Source: Antedon mediterranea
Lineage: Eukaryota > Animalia > Echinodermata
DNA: 64,000 bases
Reading direction: 5' to 3'
NCBI RefSeq assembly: GCF_964355755.1
Contig: NC_092675.1
Location: 26,012,912-26,076,911 of the forward strand
This document shows positions 11,802-24,375 of the stretch, piece by piece. Numbering within the stretch: position 1 is the first letter of the stretch; each line of letters starts with the position of its first letter. The translations under genes and the position numbers were made by a program. Under the pieces are notes generated by a model that was given only the letters and a program-made list of their open reading frames with translations, was not told the origin of the DNA and made no database searches.

Positions 11802-13936
11802 CTAATTACTCTTTCCGATTTTCGAACGAGTCTTGCTTGATCGCGGTCGTTTTCTTTGGCCTGGTTTTTTTGCTGTTCAAGATGATTTTTTTTTAATTTT
11901 CAATTTTCCGTCAGTGGATGATATTGAAGTTTTTGAAATGTTTGCGTTTAGTTGAACTCTCATGAACTTGGAGTATAGACGATTTCTTTCGTCATCTTGT
12001 TTCCCAGCCCATATCGCATGCGCTACCACGATTTTTTTGTCTACAACATAATAATTCCCGGCCCTGTCCGTGTAGTGCTTGTCGAACATCAGCGTACTGC
12101 AGCTGTACCACTTTGTGCAGGATGTCAACAAGTTCCGGTAGTTTTTTTGGTTGCCAATTAATTGCCAATTTCAATATGTGATTAATACTTTCACAATTAT
12201 TGTTTGTCCATTTTTTTGGAATTACCGTTTCTTTTCGGCGCGGAGAGAACACTTTTTCTTTTATAGTGGGTAGAAGTGTATTTCTAAAATGGTTTAAGAA
12301 ACCAGGGGCTAATTGGTTTAAGTAGATTTCTATATCTAGGGCTTTCGCCTCAAATTCTCTGTCATTTTCGCTATTGAGTAATTCTCCGCAAATCATATTC
12401 ACTATCCTATTTCGTTGTTCTTTGCTAACCCCTTCTTTGTCCCTCAGGAATTGTATGATGTTTTCTTTTATATGCCGTGTGCATAATATGTGATGGGACG
12501 AAGGAAAACAAAACTTTATTGCCTTTACCAGCGCTTTCTCTTGGTCAGAACCAATAATTATGTCATCGGCCAGATGCACTTCAGACTCAAAATCTCTTGA
12601 ATTTAACTTCCCTTTTAGATGCACAAAGAAATCTAGAAAGGTCTCATATAACCCATCCCAGTGCAAGAACATAGGTCCAATAAATATCGGGTGTTCATTA
12701 GTGGTTGTTCGACGCATTAACCGGTGTTTGAATACAGTTAAGGTTAGAAAACAACCACCCAGGTTGAAAGTCCGGTCTACTCCAACAATAGATTTTTCTA
12801 CCGGCCCACAACAAAATCTCTTCATGTCACTTATTTGATCTTCTGTATAAAGAACTACACTTGGTGGTTTGTCACCTACAGCGTATACTTTCTTGACAAA
12901 TTCATTGTCAGTAAGCTTCGTCAAGATCGTTTGTAATTCGTCTGCTGTATTCTGTCCTGCATGATGTCCCCTTTCTTTCCTTTTCATACTATATTTTATA
13001 TTTCGTATCTGTTTCATGTCTCTAGGATTAGCGTTGCTTTCATTTAACAAGAGATCAGTATAAACGTCTCTTGGGGCTTGCGTGGCAGAAAGTCTATGTT
13101 TTGCTGCCATCATTGTACTTTTTGCGGTTCTTATATATTCGGTTCCGGGTGTATTTCTGTTTCCGTGACTTCTCTTTGTTTTAGGAAATTTGCCTAGGTA
13201 TTCCACCAACGCTAGATTTGTTGACTCGTCGGGAAAAGATTTATCTATCCACGTGACCCTTTTTCGGAAAGAAGGGTCACGTTTAAGAGTCATGTAACAT
13301 CGGCACACTAACATTATGTTTTCAGGTTGTGGGTTCATTGGTGTCCAGGCACCTTTTACCTTTGTACAGTACACACCATCCCGTTTAACCACAGTTATCA
13401 TAACGCCATTCATCATAGCAATTATTGTTCGAGGTGTTGTAGTTTGAGATGAATGCCAAGTACCACAGTCATCGTAAAAAATACTGCGTTTACCATCTGC
13501 CCTGAGTGCAAAGTTTTCTCCATTGTCTACAACAAATGCAACGTTTTCTTTTATGCCACAAGGAACCTCATTGATAACTTCACTAATTGGGGTGTGTACC
13601 AAAATTTGTCTCACGCGACTGATTCCAAGAAATCTACCTGTCAATTTGATACCCTGTCCTTGACATGGTTGTACAACTTCTGCAGCATTTTGAAGCGACT
13701 CTAAGTCCGAGGATACCGAGGGTGGATGTGATCTGTAGAATGTATTCCTCCATTTGAAATCTTCAATCGATTCTGGGTCAGAGGATGATACCGTCCTACA
13801 TGGTTCAGCATCCATTGATGTGGGAATTTCGGACCATTTTTGTTCATCCTTCCAGTAAAATTCGGGCACTGAATCTAGGTCAGATGATGAACATACATCT
13901 TCATTTTATGTTGTTTTGCATTAGACGATGGTACAC
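11802..13936 (-). pseudogene. Mutator/MULE DDE transposase (terminal exon), disrupted
   Basis: MULE motifs VDRTFNLG, GSDQEKAL, CTRH (CxxH) and WTNNNCESINH. Lesions: -1 nt near 13905, +4 nt near 12060 (breaks HGQGNY), and TGA at 11877-79 before TAKKPGQRKRPR...* at 11802. Confidence 0.92.
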
Positions 13937-14238
13937 CTATTATAAAAAAAGAAATGGATTAAACAAGTTCAAAGATTTCGTCAATTGTTTGAGATTTGCT
14001 ACTTTTTATTAATTAATTTAGGCAGGCGTCATCTTATTTTGCAAAACATTTAATAATCTTAATGGGGGAAAAACAAAATGTCGAGAAATAAGTAGCCGTC
14101 TGTTTCTGTATTTTTGTTTTGATCTATTTTTCTTTTGCCGTATTATTGTGGGTTTTTTAAATTTCCGTCTGCAGCGTTGGTTCGGCTGATTATTTAGTTT
14201 TTATTAAAAGATGTGTTTTTTAACATGTTTGACCTTAC

Positions 14239-15635
14239 CTTTTGTTTGTTTATTTTTCTTGTATTTTGTTTTCCTGCTTTTCTCCTTTTCCGGCTTGTTT
14301 CCCTGTCTGTTTGGTGTCTGTGAATGCTGATCTTCAATCGACTCTGGGTCAGAGGACGATACGGCCCTTGGTGGTTCAGCATCCATTGATGTGGGAATTT
14401 CGGTCCATTTTGGTTCATCCTTCCACTAAAATTCTGGCACTGAATCTATGTCAGATGATGAACATACATCTTCATTGTTAAGTTGTTTTGCATTAGACGA
14501 TGGTACACCTATTGTACAAGAAATATAACTGTTACTAACGGTCGAGTTTATCATTGGAACATAACTTTGTTACCACTTCTTATTTATTGCGTAAGATATG
14601 CGTTTTAAATGTATGCAAACATTTAATAATTTAGAGTATAAGTAAACAAGGTAGATAAAAGAGAAAAATATTTTGTAGGAAAAAGTAAGTCACCTTTCGT
14701 TTCTGCATTTTTTTGTTCTCTCTCCGTTTTCCGTTTTTCCGGCTTTGAATCCGTGTGCAGCGGTGCTTCGTCTGATTCCGATGAAATTATGATCGGGGAC
14801 AACGACCCTGAATTACATAGAAAAAATAAGACCATACTTTTAATATAGTTGTAAATGGGCCGCTGTTTCACGATTTTTTTGTGTGTTTTTGACCTTATAC
14901 GAAATGTTTTTATGTCATCAAACGCTTTCAAAATTCAACGCAACTCAACGCAACTCGCCGTAACGTTACGTCGACAGGAAAACAAGCTTAACGCTTGTTA
15001 ACAGTATGCGGTTTCTTACCTTTTGGTTGTTGATTTTGCTTGTAATTTGTTTTCTTGTCTTTCTCTTTTTCCAGCTTAGGCCTATTTGCACGAGGCAATG
15101 ATTCGTAACTTCTGTTGGAATTGTTTTGCGGAATTTAGAACCTAAGAGAAACCCAAACAATCTAAATCAATTAATTCTGAATTTTTACTTGTACATTATT
15201 TTGAAAATTTGTTCAAGTTTATATTTCAAATATTAATTTTTTTTACCCTTTCTTTGTTTTTGTTTTCTTTTTGTTTTGTTTTCTTTCGTCACATTTTTCG
15301 CTTTGAACGTCATGTCATCGGATTCTATTTCTGGCATGGAGAACAACGATTCTAAACAGACGAAAATAGCAAAAAAATATAAAAGCACTGGTAATTATGA
15401 CAGTAATTATCTGTGTTCAGGGGCAACTGTTTTTGAATTAAACAAGTTAGGCCTAAATGTTTTTTATGGAGTTAAATTGTTTACAGTATTGTATTATGAA
15501 ATTATGACATCAATACCTCATTGGCTTAATTATTCTTACCATCTAGCTTTTCGTGCCCTTTGCGTTGTCTTGACTTGTCAATGCTTTCGTCTGATTCGGA
15601 TGAGCTTATCATAATTATGGGAGATGTTTTTAAAC
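14239..15635 (-). pseudogene. Five small phase-1 linker exons with Ser/acidic then Lys-rich repeats (15635-15540, 15351-15247, 15141-15020, 14807-14694, 14508-14239)
   Basis: All have AG/GT boundaries. Four are multiples of 3 (96, 105, 114, 270 nt) and share an ESD...K-rich...G theme. 14320-14510 duplicates 13755-13940. Confidence 0.7.
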
Positions 15636-15743
15636 CTGATTTGAAATACAAAGAGCAAACCATTAGATGCCAGAAACTTAAAATAAAAAATTAACTTAAT
15701 GAATAAAGTTGTTAAATTTAATATAATAGACCTAAAGTTATAC

Positions 15744-16733
15744 CTTCAGATTTGTCTTGGCATTTCTTTAAATTTATTTTAAGACCAATTCTGATCTTGC
15801 CTTTGTATTTTCTGTTTGCTGTCAAATGCGGAACATCCATTAGCGGCACAAAGTGATTTGGTGTCTAAATGTGTTTCTCTTCTTTCGGATCCAAGATTTG
15901 TGTGCTCGTCCACATGATAAAAATTGGCTGACTACCTGCCTTTTGTTTACACGGTTAAAACTTCTATTCAGAATTCGATACACCTTGTCCATCATGCCAT
16001 TCAATGGTGGGTATATTGAAACTATTTCGTGACCTATGACAGTGGCTAACGCTTGAATTTGCCATGAAGACGAATATCCACTTTCACGACTACAATCCAT
16101 ACAAGCCGTGTCATAATCAGGGCTCACAAGGCCGATTTTTGAGTACTGGTGCATCTCTATATAGAAATCTTTCTTCGAAACCATTTCAATAAATGTTCGG
16201 ACGCGCAATTCAATAGATAGTGTGTCATCCCCGGTCAGCGCCATGGACACGGCATTGAAAAGGCAGCTTCCGTCACCAGAGACTGATATGGGTTTCAATT
16301 CTCTGACATTACCACATCTTCTCAGTAGTGCCATTGAAACTTCATCAATTTGAAAATTCCCAGTCAACTGAGATGTTAGAACATTAAAATGTGTATCTCT
16401 TAGCAAAAAATCTTCCATCTTGGCCACTTCCTTTATATCTACATCATTTCCAATTGCTGATGACATTCTGAATAGTGACTGAAAGTAGTCAAACGTTCCG
16501 TCGTATAAGCAACAACATTGTTTACAACTGTAAGCCAAACTAGTATTTGAGAGGTACTTAAGGTTTTCTTTGGTTACATTTTCACATTTTATATGAAACC
16601 ATCGTTGACATAAATCGCAATAAATTGAATCGCCTGCACAACTGATGTTGCAAACGCCACACAACCATTTCCTCCCGGCATTGCTGCAGCTCTGACAAGA
16701 CTTTCTGGATTTCTTTCTCCTTTTACTTTCCAT
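15744..16733 (-). pseudogene. PHD finger + vertnin-like OTU cysteine protease exon, disrupted
   Basis: PHD C4HC3 (CGVC...CDLCQRWFHIKC...CKQC) and OTU Cys box SGDGSCLFNAVS. After a frameshift near 15955 the alternate frame reads PIFIMWT...*TPNHFVP, which is the His box with TAG at 15865-67 where Trp is expected. Confidence 0.85.
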
Positions 16734-19007
16734 CACCTTATCTGCAGTAAAAGGAACTAAAAGAAATATTTCTTGAACGGACTCAGTTTCAGGAAAGTCA
16801 CTCAATCCAATGCTTTATGTCGGATCACCTAAAAAAAAAAAGTTTGCCTGTAAGCGAAAAGTCTTCAATTAACTATGGAATTGATAAAGTTCACGTTAGA
16901 TTATTTGAATTTAAATTTCTAAATATAATTTTTATTATATTGTTGAATAACCATAACGGATCATTCGTCGTAATAACAAAAGTTAACATTTTGATATTGT
17001 TATTGTTATTTAGGCATATTATTAACAGAAAATTGAAACATGTCATAAAAAATTAATTGAATCAAATGCCCAGTATTTGGTGCGGCATTAAAATATCATA
17101 CTCATTGTTTAAAATAGGCCTAATTTATTTTCAGTTGGACAATTAGACCGTACCTTTACTATAACTTACTAAGTCTACCTAATATCTGAAGACATTAAAA
17201 ACAGCTTATTTATTCAATACTTCCAAACGACAATTACCAACTACAACTTTATTCTACTGAATAAATAGGACAGGGGTAGTGACCTACTTTTTAAAACTAT
17301 CCCACGTACAAATAATCTTACTCTTCACACATACCATAATAATTTTAATCGACGTTTGTCCTATAATTGAAATTGATTCAATTTCAATTTATTTCTATAA
17401 TATAACATACATAATAATATAAAATAACATAATGTTAATTATTAATAAATAAAATTGCATATACATATAATGAAAAGTAGTTCAGTCATGTGGGGTGAGA
17501 GTCATATAAATCATAAATACTTGATATTAAATAGACAATTATAAAATCATATAACTCTTTAATTTTGATAATAATCAGACTTGACGACCTAGGAAGGACG
17601 AAGTTGGACTATTCTTATCTTCGTGTGTCAAACACGTGTAAACAAATTACTTCCTTGATCGACGTCAGGCTTGTTAACTTGATTTATCGCGAGTTAACTT
17701 TTCAGGTTTACTGATTGTTACATTGCACGCGACGGATACACTCATGGGCTGTGTTTGACCTAAACATAATTCCATGTGATGAATAATCATTATGATACAC
17801 ACAGTACCCGCGAATGGAATTCCATTTTTTAAACTACAAATATTGCTGATGTATTGTATTGGCTAAACTTAATTTTTGGTAGTATTTATATCGTCATTGT
17901 TACTGTCAAATCAAATACTGTTAAAATAGAAAAACACGCTCTTAGAAAAGAATGTTATAAATGCGCAAATGTAATGTTTATTATTCATCACACGTGGAAA
18001 TATGTTTATATCAATTTAGATTTGATAGATTGTATTTTAAGCAATTAAAAACTTTAAAAAATTGTAATGTGACGAATCCGCGATCTGTAAATAATATTAA
18101 GTATCAACGCTTAAAGCAAAAAAATCAAAACCAGACAACAATGTAATTACAAAACTAGCAAAATAGATACCAAACCTCACACAATTGCAAAGTATAAAAA
18201 CCCATTGAAAAAAAAAATAAATTGTCTGATTCTGATGCATATCCAGTATTGCTTTTATTTTGTAGCATACATATATTTCAAAGTAAAGGAATCCTTTGTG
18301 TATAACAAAATCAATGGCCGTAAATGGTTCCGAATTTTATTATTGGTAAAACATGAAAAACGAAGATTATTTAAATCTTTGAATATGTTATTTTGTAGTT
18401 TTAATAAAGTTAATCACTTCCATTGTTTGCTTTAAATTACATTTTTTTCAGGTAAATACATTTTTTTCGATCCAATTTTTGGTCCTAATTGATAACTATT
18501 ACGTTACACTAAAATGGAATATTCAACAAAAAAATGTTTAAGAATTATTTTTTCAGGGCGACAATACATCTTTAATAGTTTGTCAGGGGCCGGAAGAGTG
18601 CACTTTTATTACACTTAGCCATCCCATTGCAACATATCAAACCATCAAAATAACAAAATGTGAATGAATAAATATGAACACACAACAAACAAAGCGATTC
18701 CAAATGGTTTGATTGTCGAACATGAAATCATGGAGGTGTATATACCTCCATGATGAAACCAACTTAACCATTTGTGTTTCCGCAGCAATGTGTCGATTTA
18801 GCTATGTATCAAATAATTAGTATACCTGGAAAACACCGGAAATACTGGCCTATAGTTTGATATTTTATACTTTCGTTTCGCCCATCATCTAATTCACACA
18901 GCACGATTTTTCTTTAGCGTCTTTATTTTCGTTAAATTCAGAACAGTCAAAAGAAAAGGTATAAAGTTCCATATCCAGTAATGCTTTCATTTTTTATCTT
19001 ACATATT

Positions 19008-19509
19008 TCTACTTGTGTTAAACCAAACTCTGGCAGACTGAGAGATTGGGATGTTCCATTCATCATAAATCAATACATTTGTATAATCGTATATTAAATC
19101 TATCAAAATAGTATTTTTTTAAGAAAATCGGCCTGTCTTCAACATTATGATGCTGTACTCTAGCTGTTCAAACAGTTTTCAGCTATTAAAAACAATCATC
19201 GTAGGAGGAGATAGGAAAATGCGAAGCCTCCTCGCATTTTTGTGGCGGGTATTTTTCAAGATGGACATCCATTAGACAGTGTATACAACGATCGGAAAAC
19301 ACCCCTATTTGGGGCAAATCGTTGAACCTAAATTCGTTTTAATCGTCAATAACTAATTATCTAACTTAATTTAATTAGTAAACAGGGTTACATCAGGTGG
19401 TTAAAATCAGTACCGAAAGTACGAACCAACTTTATATACCATCGAGTAAAAATTCTAGAAGTAAGGCGCGATTTATCGAATTTTGCCCTTACGTAAATTT
19501 ATATATAGA
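19008..19509 (-). mobile_element. 3'-truncated non-autonomous Helitron, same family as 41872 and 43317
   Basis: A|TCTATATATAAATTTACG start on the minus strand. About 470 bp closely match the 5' part of the copies at 41872 and 43317. Confidence 0.75.
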
Positions 19510-20451
19510 TATAATAAAATCAATGGCCATAAATAGTTTATCAAATGCTGTTATAATAAACTACACGCTCTCAGGGGAAAATCTTGCAATGCGCAAATGT
19601 AGTACGTTATATTTTTATTGTGTGGAATTAATAATTATTATTCATCATAGGGAATTATGTTTATATCAATTTAGATAAGATAAAGTATATTTAAAGCAAT
19701 TACACGTTTTACATAAAAAAACGAAAAATCCTGTAAATGCGTACCTATAAATATATTGTTATTAAGTCCCCGGGTGTCACGAAACCTAAGACCACGAAAG
19801 CTAAGACCCCCTAAGACCTAAGATCACGAAAGCTAAGACCCAAGACCTAATCTAATAAGATTACAAATATTTATCTTTCGCACCTGCCTTGTATTTTAAC
19901 TCCCAACATTTATTCTGAATATCACACCTTAGAATTGGCACTTTTTTTTATGAAAAAGAATCACATAAAAAGTAACGGCGCTAGTTCCGTTTCGCACCTG
20001 TCGTTTATTTCGACTCAAAATTGATTAAGTAACTTTATCGTGACTACCACACCTTAGAATTAGGCCTCAAAAATATTTTTACGAAGGAGATCACACAAAA
20101 AGTAAAAAATAAATCCTTTAAATTGATGAATTTACAGACGTGCTTCTCGCACATCGGTTCGTGAATTTCGCATACTCCATGTTCAATGTTGTTGTTTCTA
20201 TGGAGCGCCAAAAGAGCAATCATAATAGAGGGCTAAAAACTATATATATAATATTGGGTATATTTAATGCATTTATTGGATGAAAATTACGTTCAATTTT
20301 ATCATATTTTGTCAATGTCAATGCAACAAAAATATTACTGTTGATACTGTACATGGTTTTTGCAGGAACTTTTAGGAATGAAAATCGACAAATTCATCAT
20401 CATATTACATGTACTGTAGGGGTATACCTGATCTAAATAATATTCCTCTTA

Positions 20452-21280
20452 AGCCCCTTTCTCACAGAGTTGTGTGCCAGGAATATTGCGGGAATATACC
20501 ATTACCATGCCGGTATGGTTTTCTGTGAGAACGGGTCGTCTTGGCATCATGCCGGCACCATGCCGGCATCGACATGACCTGCTTTAGACCTAGTAATATT
20601 CTAGGGATATTCCCCGCAATGCCAGACGGGCATTCTGTGAGAACGTATTGCCGTTATATTCCGGGGTTCCCCGTCGAGGCTTTGACACCTTGCGCAGTCA
20701 AGTGTATCACTTTGGCGCCTATTCAATTCAATTAACAATAATAATGTCGAACTGGAGGGATAATGAGATAAGAGAGCTGCTTAAAATAAGGGGACAAGAA
20801 GAAATTTGTAGCATAATCTATATAGGCCGCTAGGCTAGGCCAGCCATAGCTCTTTGTTTGTTGGTGCCTGACCTTTCGTCGCCTTGTAAATTGTAGGCCT
20901 ACAGCCTTCTAAGGTGTTTTACAGATTGCCGATGACGGCAAATTAATTGCTATACCTGTATAATATATGCACAATATACTGTACATAGCATGTATTGCAT
21001 AAATATGCTATAAAGGAAGATAATAATCTGTAACTTAACATTCGCCGCCATATCATCGCTAGACAAAAATAATAACAATAAAGGACGCCCTCAATAATTA
21101 TTTTGTCAGAGACTTTTTATTGGCCGAATATGCCCGACTCCTTTCTCACAGAAAGCCGGTATATACCGGTTATATTTCCGGCACGATAGTCCGATGAGAA
21201 TGGGTATATGCCGGTAACGATACCGGCACGACGCCAGCACTGTACCGGTATATTGCAGGCACATCTGTGAGAAAGGGGCT
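20452..21280 (+). mobile_element. PIF/Harbinger deletion derivative
   Basis: TIR AGCCCCTTTCTCACAG and TTA TSD on both sides. It retains the start of a Myb/SANT-like ORF (MSNWRDNEIRELLKIR at ~20745). Confidence 0.85.
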
Positions 21281-21381
21281 TTAGTCTTAGTCTTACTCTT
21301 AGGTCTAGGGTTGGTTGCTATTTGAAAACAGCAAATTATTAGCAGTAAAATGTTACAGCATTTTTATTGACAAAATATATT

Positions 21382-22984
21382 AAAACTAGACATGAAACTC
21401 GTCACTTTGACGAGTTAGTTATCCGCACCACGACAAACGCCACGTGCACGTCTTACGTTGGAATATTGCACACAGATAAAGATTATGGCATTATGACAAG
21501 AACTGAAGAATATGATATGCTGTTAGTGCTGAATTCTGTCAATTTTGTGTCATATAGTATATACATGCAAACAGTATAATCTGTATACATATTACATACA
21601 GTGTAGAATAGGTGAAATTACGGGACCCGCCATTTATTCCAATTTTTAACATGGCGACGGTATCAAAATGAAACACTTAGATAGCAATTTCAGAAGGAAA
21701 TTATCTCAGGAACAACATATTAACGTGTAGAAGAAATTTGAATACGTAAAATATAGATGCGCACCCTTTTAAATGTGATGAACTATTACGCAAAATATGA
21801 AAATACGACTTTTTTTATTCAACTGGCCATATGATGACGTCACAACATCCGATTGGCAAAATGTTTACATGAATTCGTATCTACAATCCAATAGCTTCCA
21901 TAAAACGTTTTAATCGTGATTATCACATTTTATTCTTACGAGCTATTACAGATTAAAATTTACTGTAAAGATGAAATTAATGACCCACGTAATTAAAATT
22001 TTTTGGCATGATGACGTCATAAAAATTAAAATATTTTTATCTCATGCTAAAGAAAGTTGATTGACCTACACAATATATAAATGTAAGAGAAAAAGGAATA
22101 CAGATAAGCGTGATGCGCTCCATTGAATGTGATGAACAATAACGAAAGAGACAAAAATCCTATATTTTACATTCGTGTGGCCATACGATGACGTCACAAT
22201 GTTTTTTTAGCTTTATCGATGCATGATCCGATATCTACAACTCATCAACTTCTAGATTTTGTAATAAAAATAAACGGTTCACGGTTTACTTTAGAAACTA
22301 TGACTGTTTAAAAAAAGACATAATTTTGACGATTTTTTAAGCTTTTTCATAAAAAACGCGCATGAAATGTTTAATTCAACGTGTTCGTATGGCGTTATTT
22401 AAATTGGAAAAGGTCTAAATTGTTTTCAAAATTACTAGGAAAGGCTTGAAAAATATGATTCAAGGGAAAAAAATATGTTTTTAACGCTACGTGCGCACCG
22501 CGTGCGTAAAAAATTGCGCGCCCGTGGGAATTTTTGACATGCTCAAAATGACAAGAAACGCATAAAAAGTTGATTAGAAATTAATTTTGCGCATTTTGAA
22601 ATTTTAAATGCGCGTGCGCGCGTAACTTCTTGTGAAACATGCCATTTTTAATCCGTAGAAAGTTTGCCCCTGATATGACTTAAATTTTGTCAAAGTGTCA
22701 ATACTAAATGACTTTTAGTTTTTAATCTATGATCAATCATTGAAATTCATAAAATTGCGCGTAAGTTACGTTGCGCAACTATGACGTCATTCAAAAATAG
22801 GAGGTGCACAACTTCACGTAAATGCCCATATGTTGTCAAAGTTATGAAATGTTATGTTTACACATTTTAGAGAAACGCGATCCACAAAAAGGAAGGATGG
22901 AAAGAAGAATAATACAGAAAAAAACTGTTGATCTCATACAATAACAAGGAGTTATCCGCTTGGTATACCAAGCGGATAACTAAT
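21382..22984 (-). mobile_element. Helentron-associated non-autonomous element (HINE/DINE-1-like)
   Basis: Minus strand: 5' subTIR TTAGTTATCCGC within a 32-bp palindrome (22950-22981); 3' subTIR GCGGATAACTAA, hairpin CTCGTCA-AAG-TGACGAG, then CTAGTTTT. Internal ~360-bp tandem repeat. Confidence 0.8.
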
Positions 22985-23136
22985 TAAACGTGTATTTCAA
23001 TAATAAATGCATTAAAAGAAGACGCATTCCACTGAGTTTTTAACCATCTATTGTTGTTGCTCTTTTGGCGCTCCATAGAAACGAAAATATTGAACTTCGA
23101 GTATGCTAAATTCGCGAATGGTATGCGAGAAACATG

Positions 23137-24098
23137 GGGTGTCACGAAACCTAAGACCACGAAAGCTAAGACCCCCTAAGATCTAAGATCACGAAAGCTA
23201 AGACCCAAGAACTAAGATTACAAATATTTATCTTTCGCACCTGCCTTGTATTTTAACTCCCAGCATTTATTCTGAATACCACACCTTAGACTTAGCACTT
23301 TTATGAAAAAGAATCACATAAAAAGTAACAAATACATTTTTAAATTGATGATTTTACAGACGTTTTTCTCGCACACATACTGTTTGCGAATTTCGCATGA
23401 CTAGCCTAACAGTATACAGTAGGCCTACCCCATGTTCAATGTTTTTGTTTCTATGGAATGTCAAAAGAGCAAAAATTATATAGAGGGCTGAAAACTCTGT
23501 GGAGTCCATCTACAGTGTGGATGAAACAATGTAAAATTAAAATTGTAACGATAATAGTATAATCATGCTAGTATGAAGAAATAAATACTCGCAAATAAAT
23601 TTTAATTTAAAAATCATGATAATTTCGTTTTCTTTGTGTTTTTAAACTTGTACTATTATTGTTGCTCTTTTGGCGCTCCATAGAAACAAAAACATTGAGC
23701 ATGATGGGAGGAGTTACAGTATACAAAGAAACACGTCTGTAAAATCATCAATTCAAAGGATTTATTTATTTGTTTTTTTGTTTTTTTTGTTTTTTGTTTG
23801 TTTTTTTTTTAGGTGTGAAAGAAAAAACATCCTCTGAACCAACACAATGGAGTAAATATATACCAACAAACAACCCGTCAAGTTTGTTTGTTGTAAAGAA
23901 AAAAATATACATTTACTCAACGGGCGAAAATAATGTGAGTTTATCTATGTTTTGCGGTAGTATTTAATTATATTTATGGTAATAAATGAAACCTACTGTG
24001 TTTAAAATTATGTATGGATAAACAAGTATTGTTTTTAAGCTGTATAGTATATCTTAGAATTTGTAATCTTAGGTCTTGGGTCTTAGCTTTCGTGGTCT
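23137..24098. mobile_element. MULE-type MITE, right terminus clipped
   Basis: Near reverse complement of the complete copy at 51665-52749, with CTAAGACC subterminal repeats. Confidence 0.85.
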
Positions 24099-24375
24099 AT
24101 ATATCAGATCTGACGAATGCAAAGAGTTTTACAAATTTAAAATAAAGTTGGTTGACCTTATTCCTAAATAAAAGAATAATTATTTTGTTTCCCGTGGTCC
24201 CGCTCCTGGTACAACATTTTAGACCTTTTTGTCGTGTCGATGCATTTCCACCTAAATATTGTCTTAGATAGGACGATAGGCTATCATATTAATGTTCCAT
24301 TTGCATTAGTATTTAAAAGTAGTGTTTTATTTCGTGTTATTGAAGAAATAAAATAATTGTCATTGTCGGGCGGTT

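Larger units (their letters stand above)
19772..23135. mobile_element. MULE-type MITE (GGGTGTCACGAAACCTAAGACC family), interrupted by nested insertions
   Basis: The left terminus matches those at 23137 and 51665. 22990-23135 is an inverted copy of 20140-20280. The right boundary is uncertain. Confidence 0.6.

Noticed and set aside
16800-19000. Second terminal inverted repeat of the MULE
   Set aside because: No reverse complement of 9942-10068 was found. The similar motif at ~18830 is in direct orientation, so the element boundaries remain undefined.
19397-19678. Repeated MVKISTESTNQLYIPSSK ORF (also 41700-41984)
   Set aside because: It is an antisense translation of the Helitron 5' end, not a gene family.
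19772-19860. CTAAGACC repeats as a CRISPR-like array
   Set aside because: No unique spacers and no cas genes, in a eukaryotic context. They are MITE subterminal repeats.
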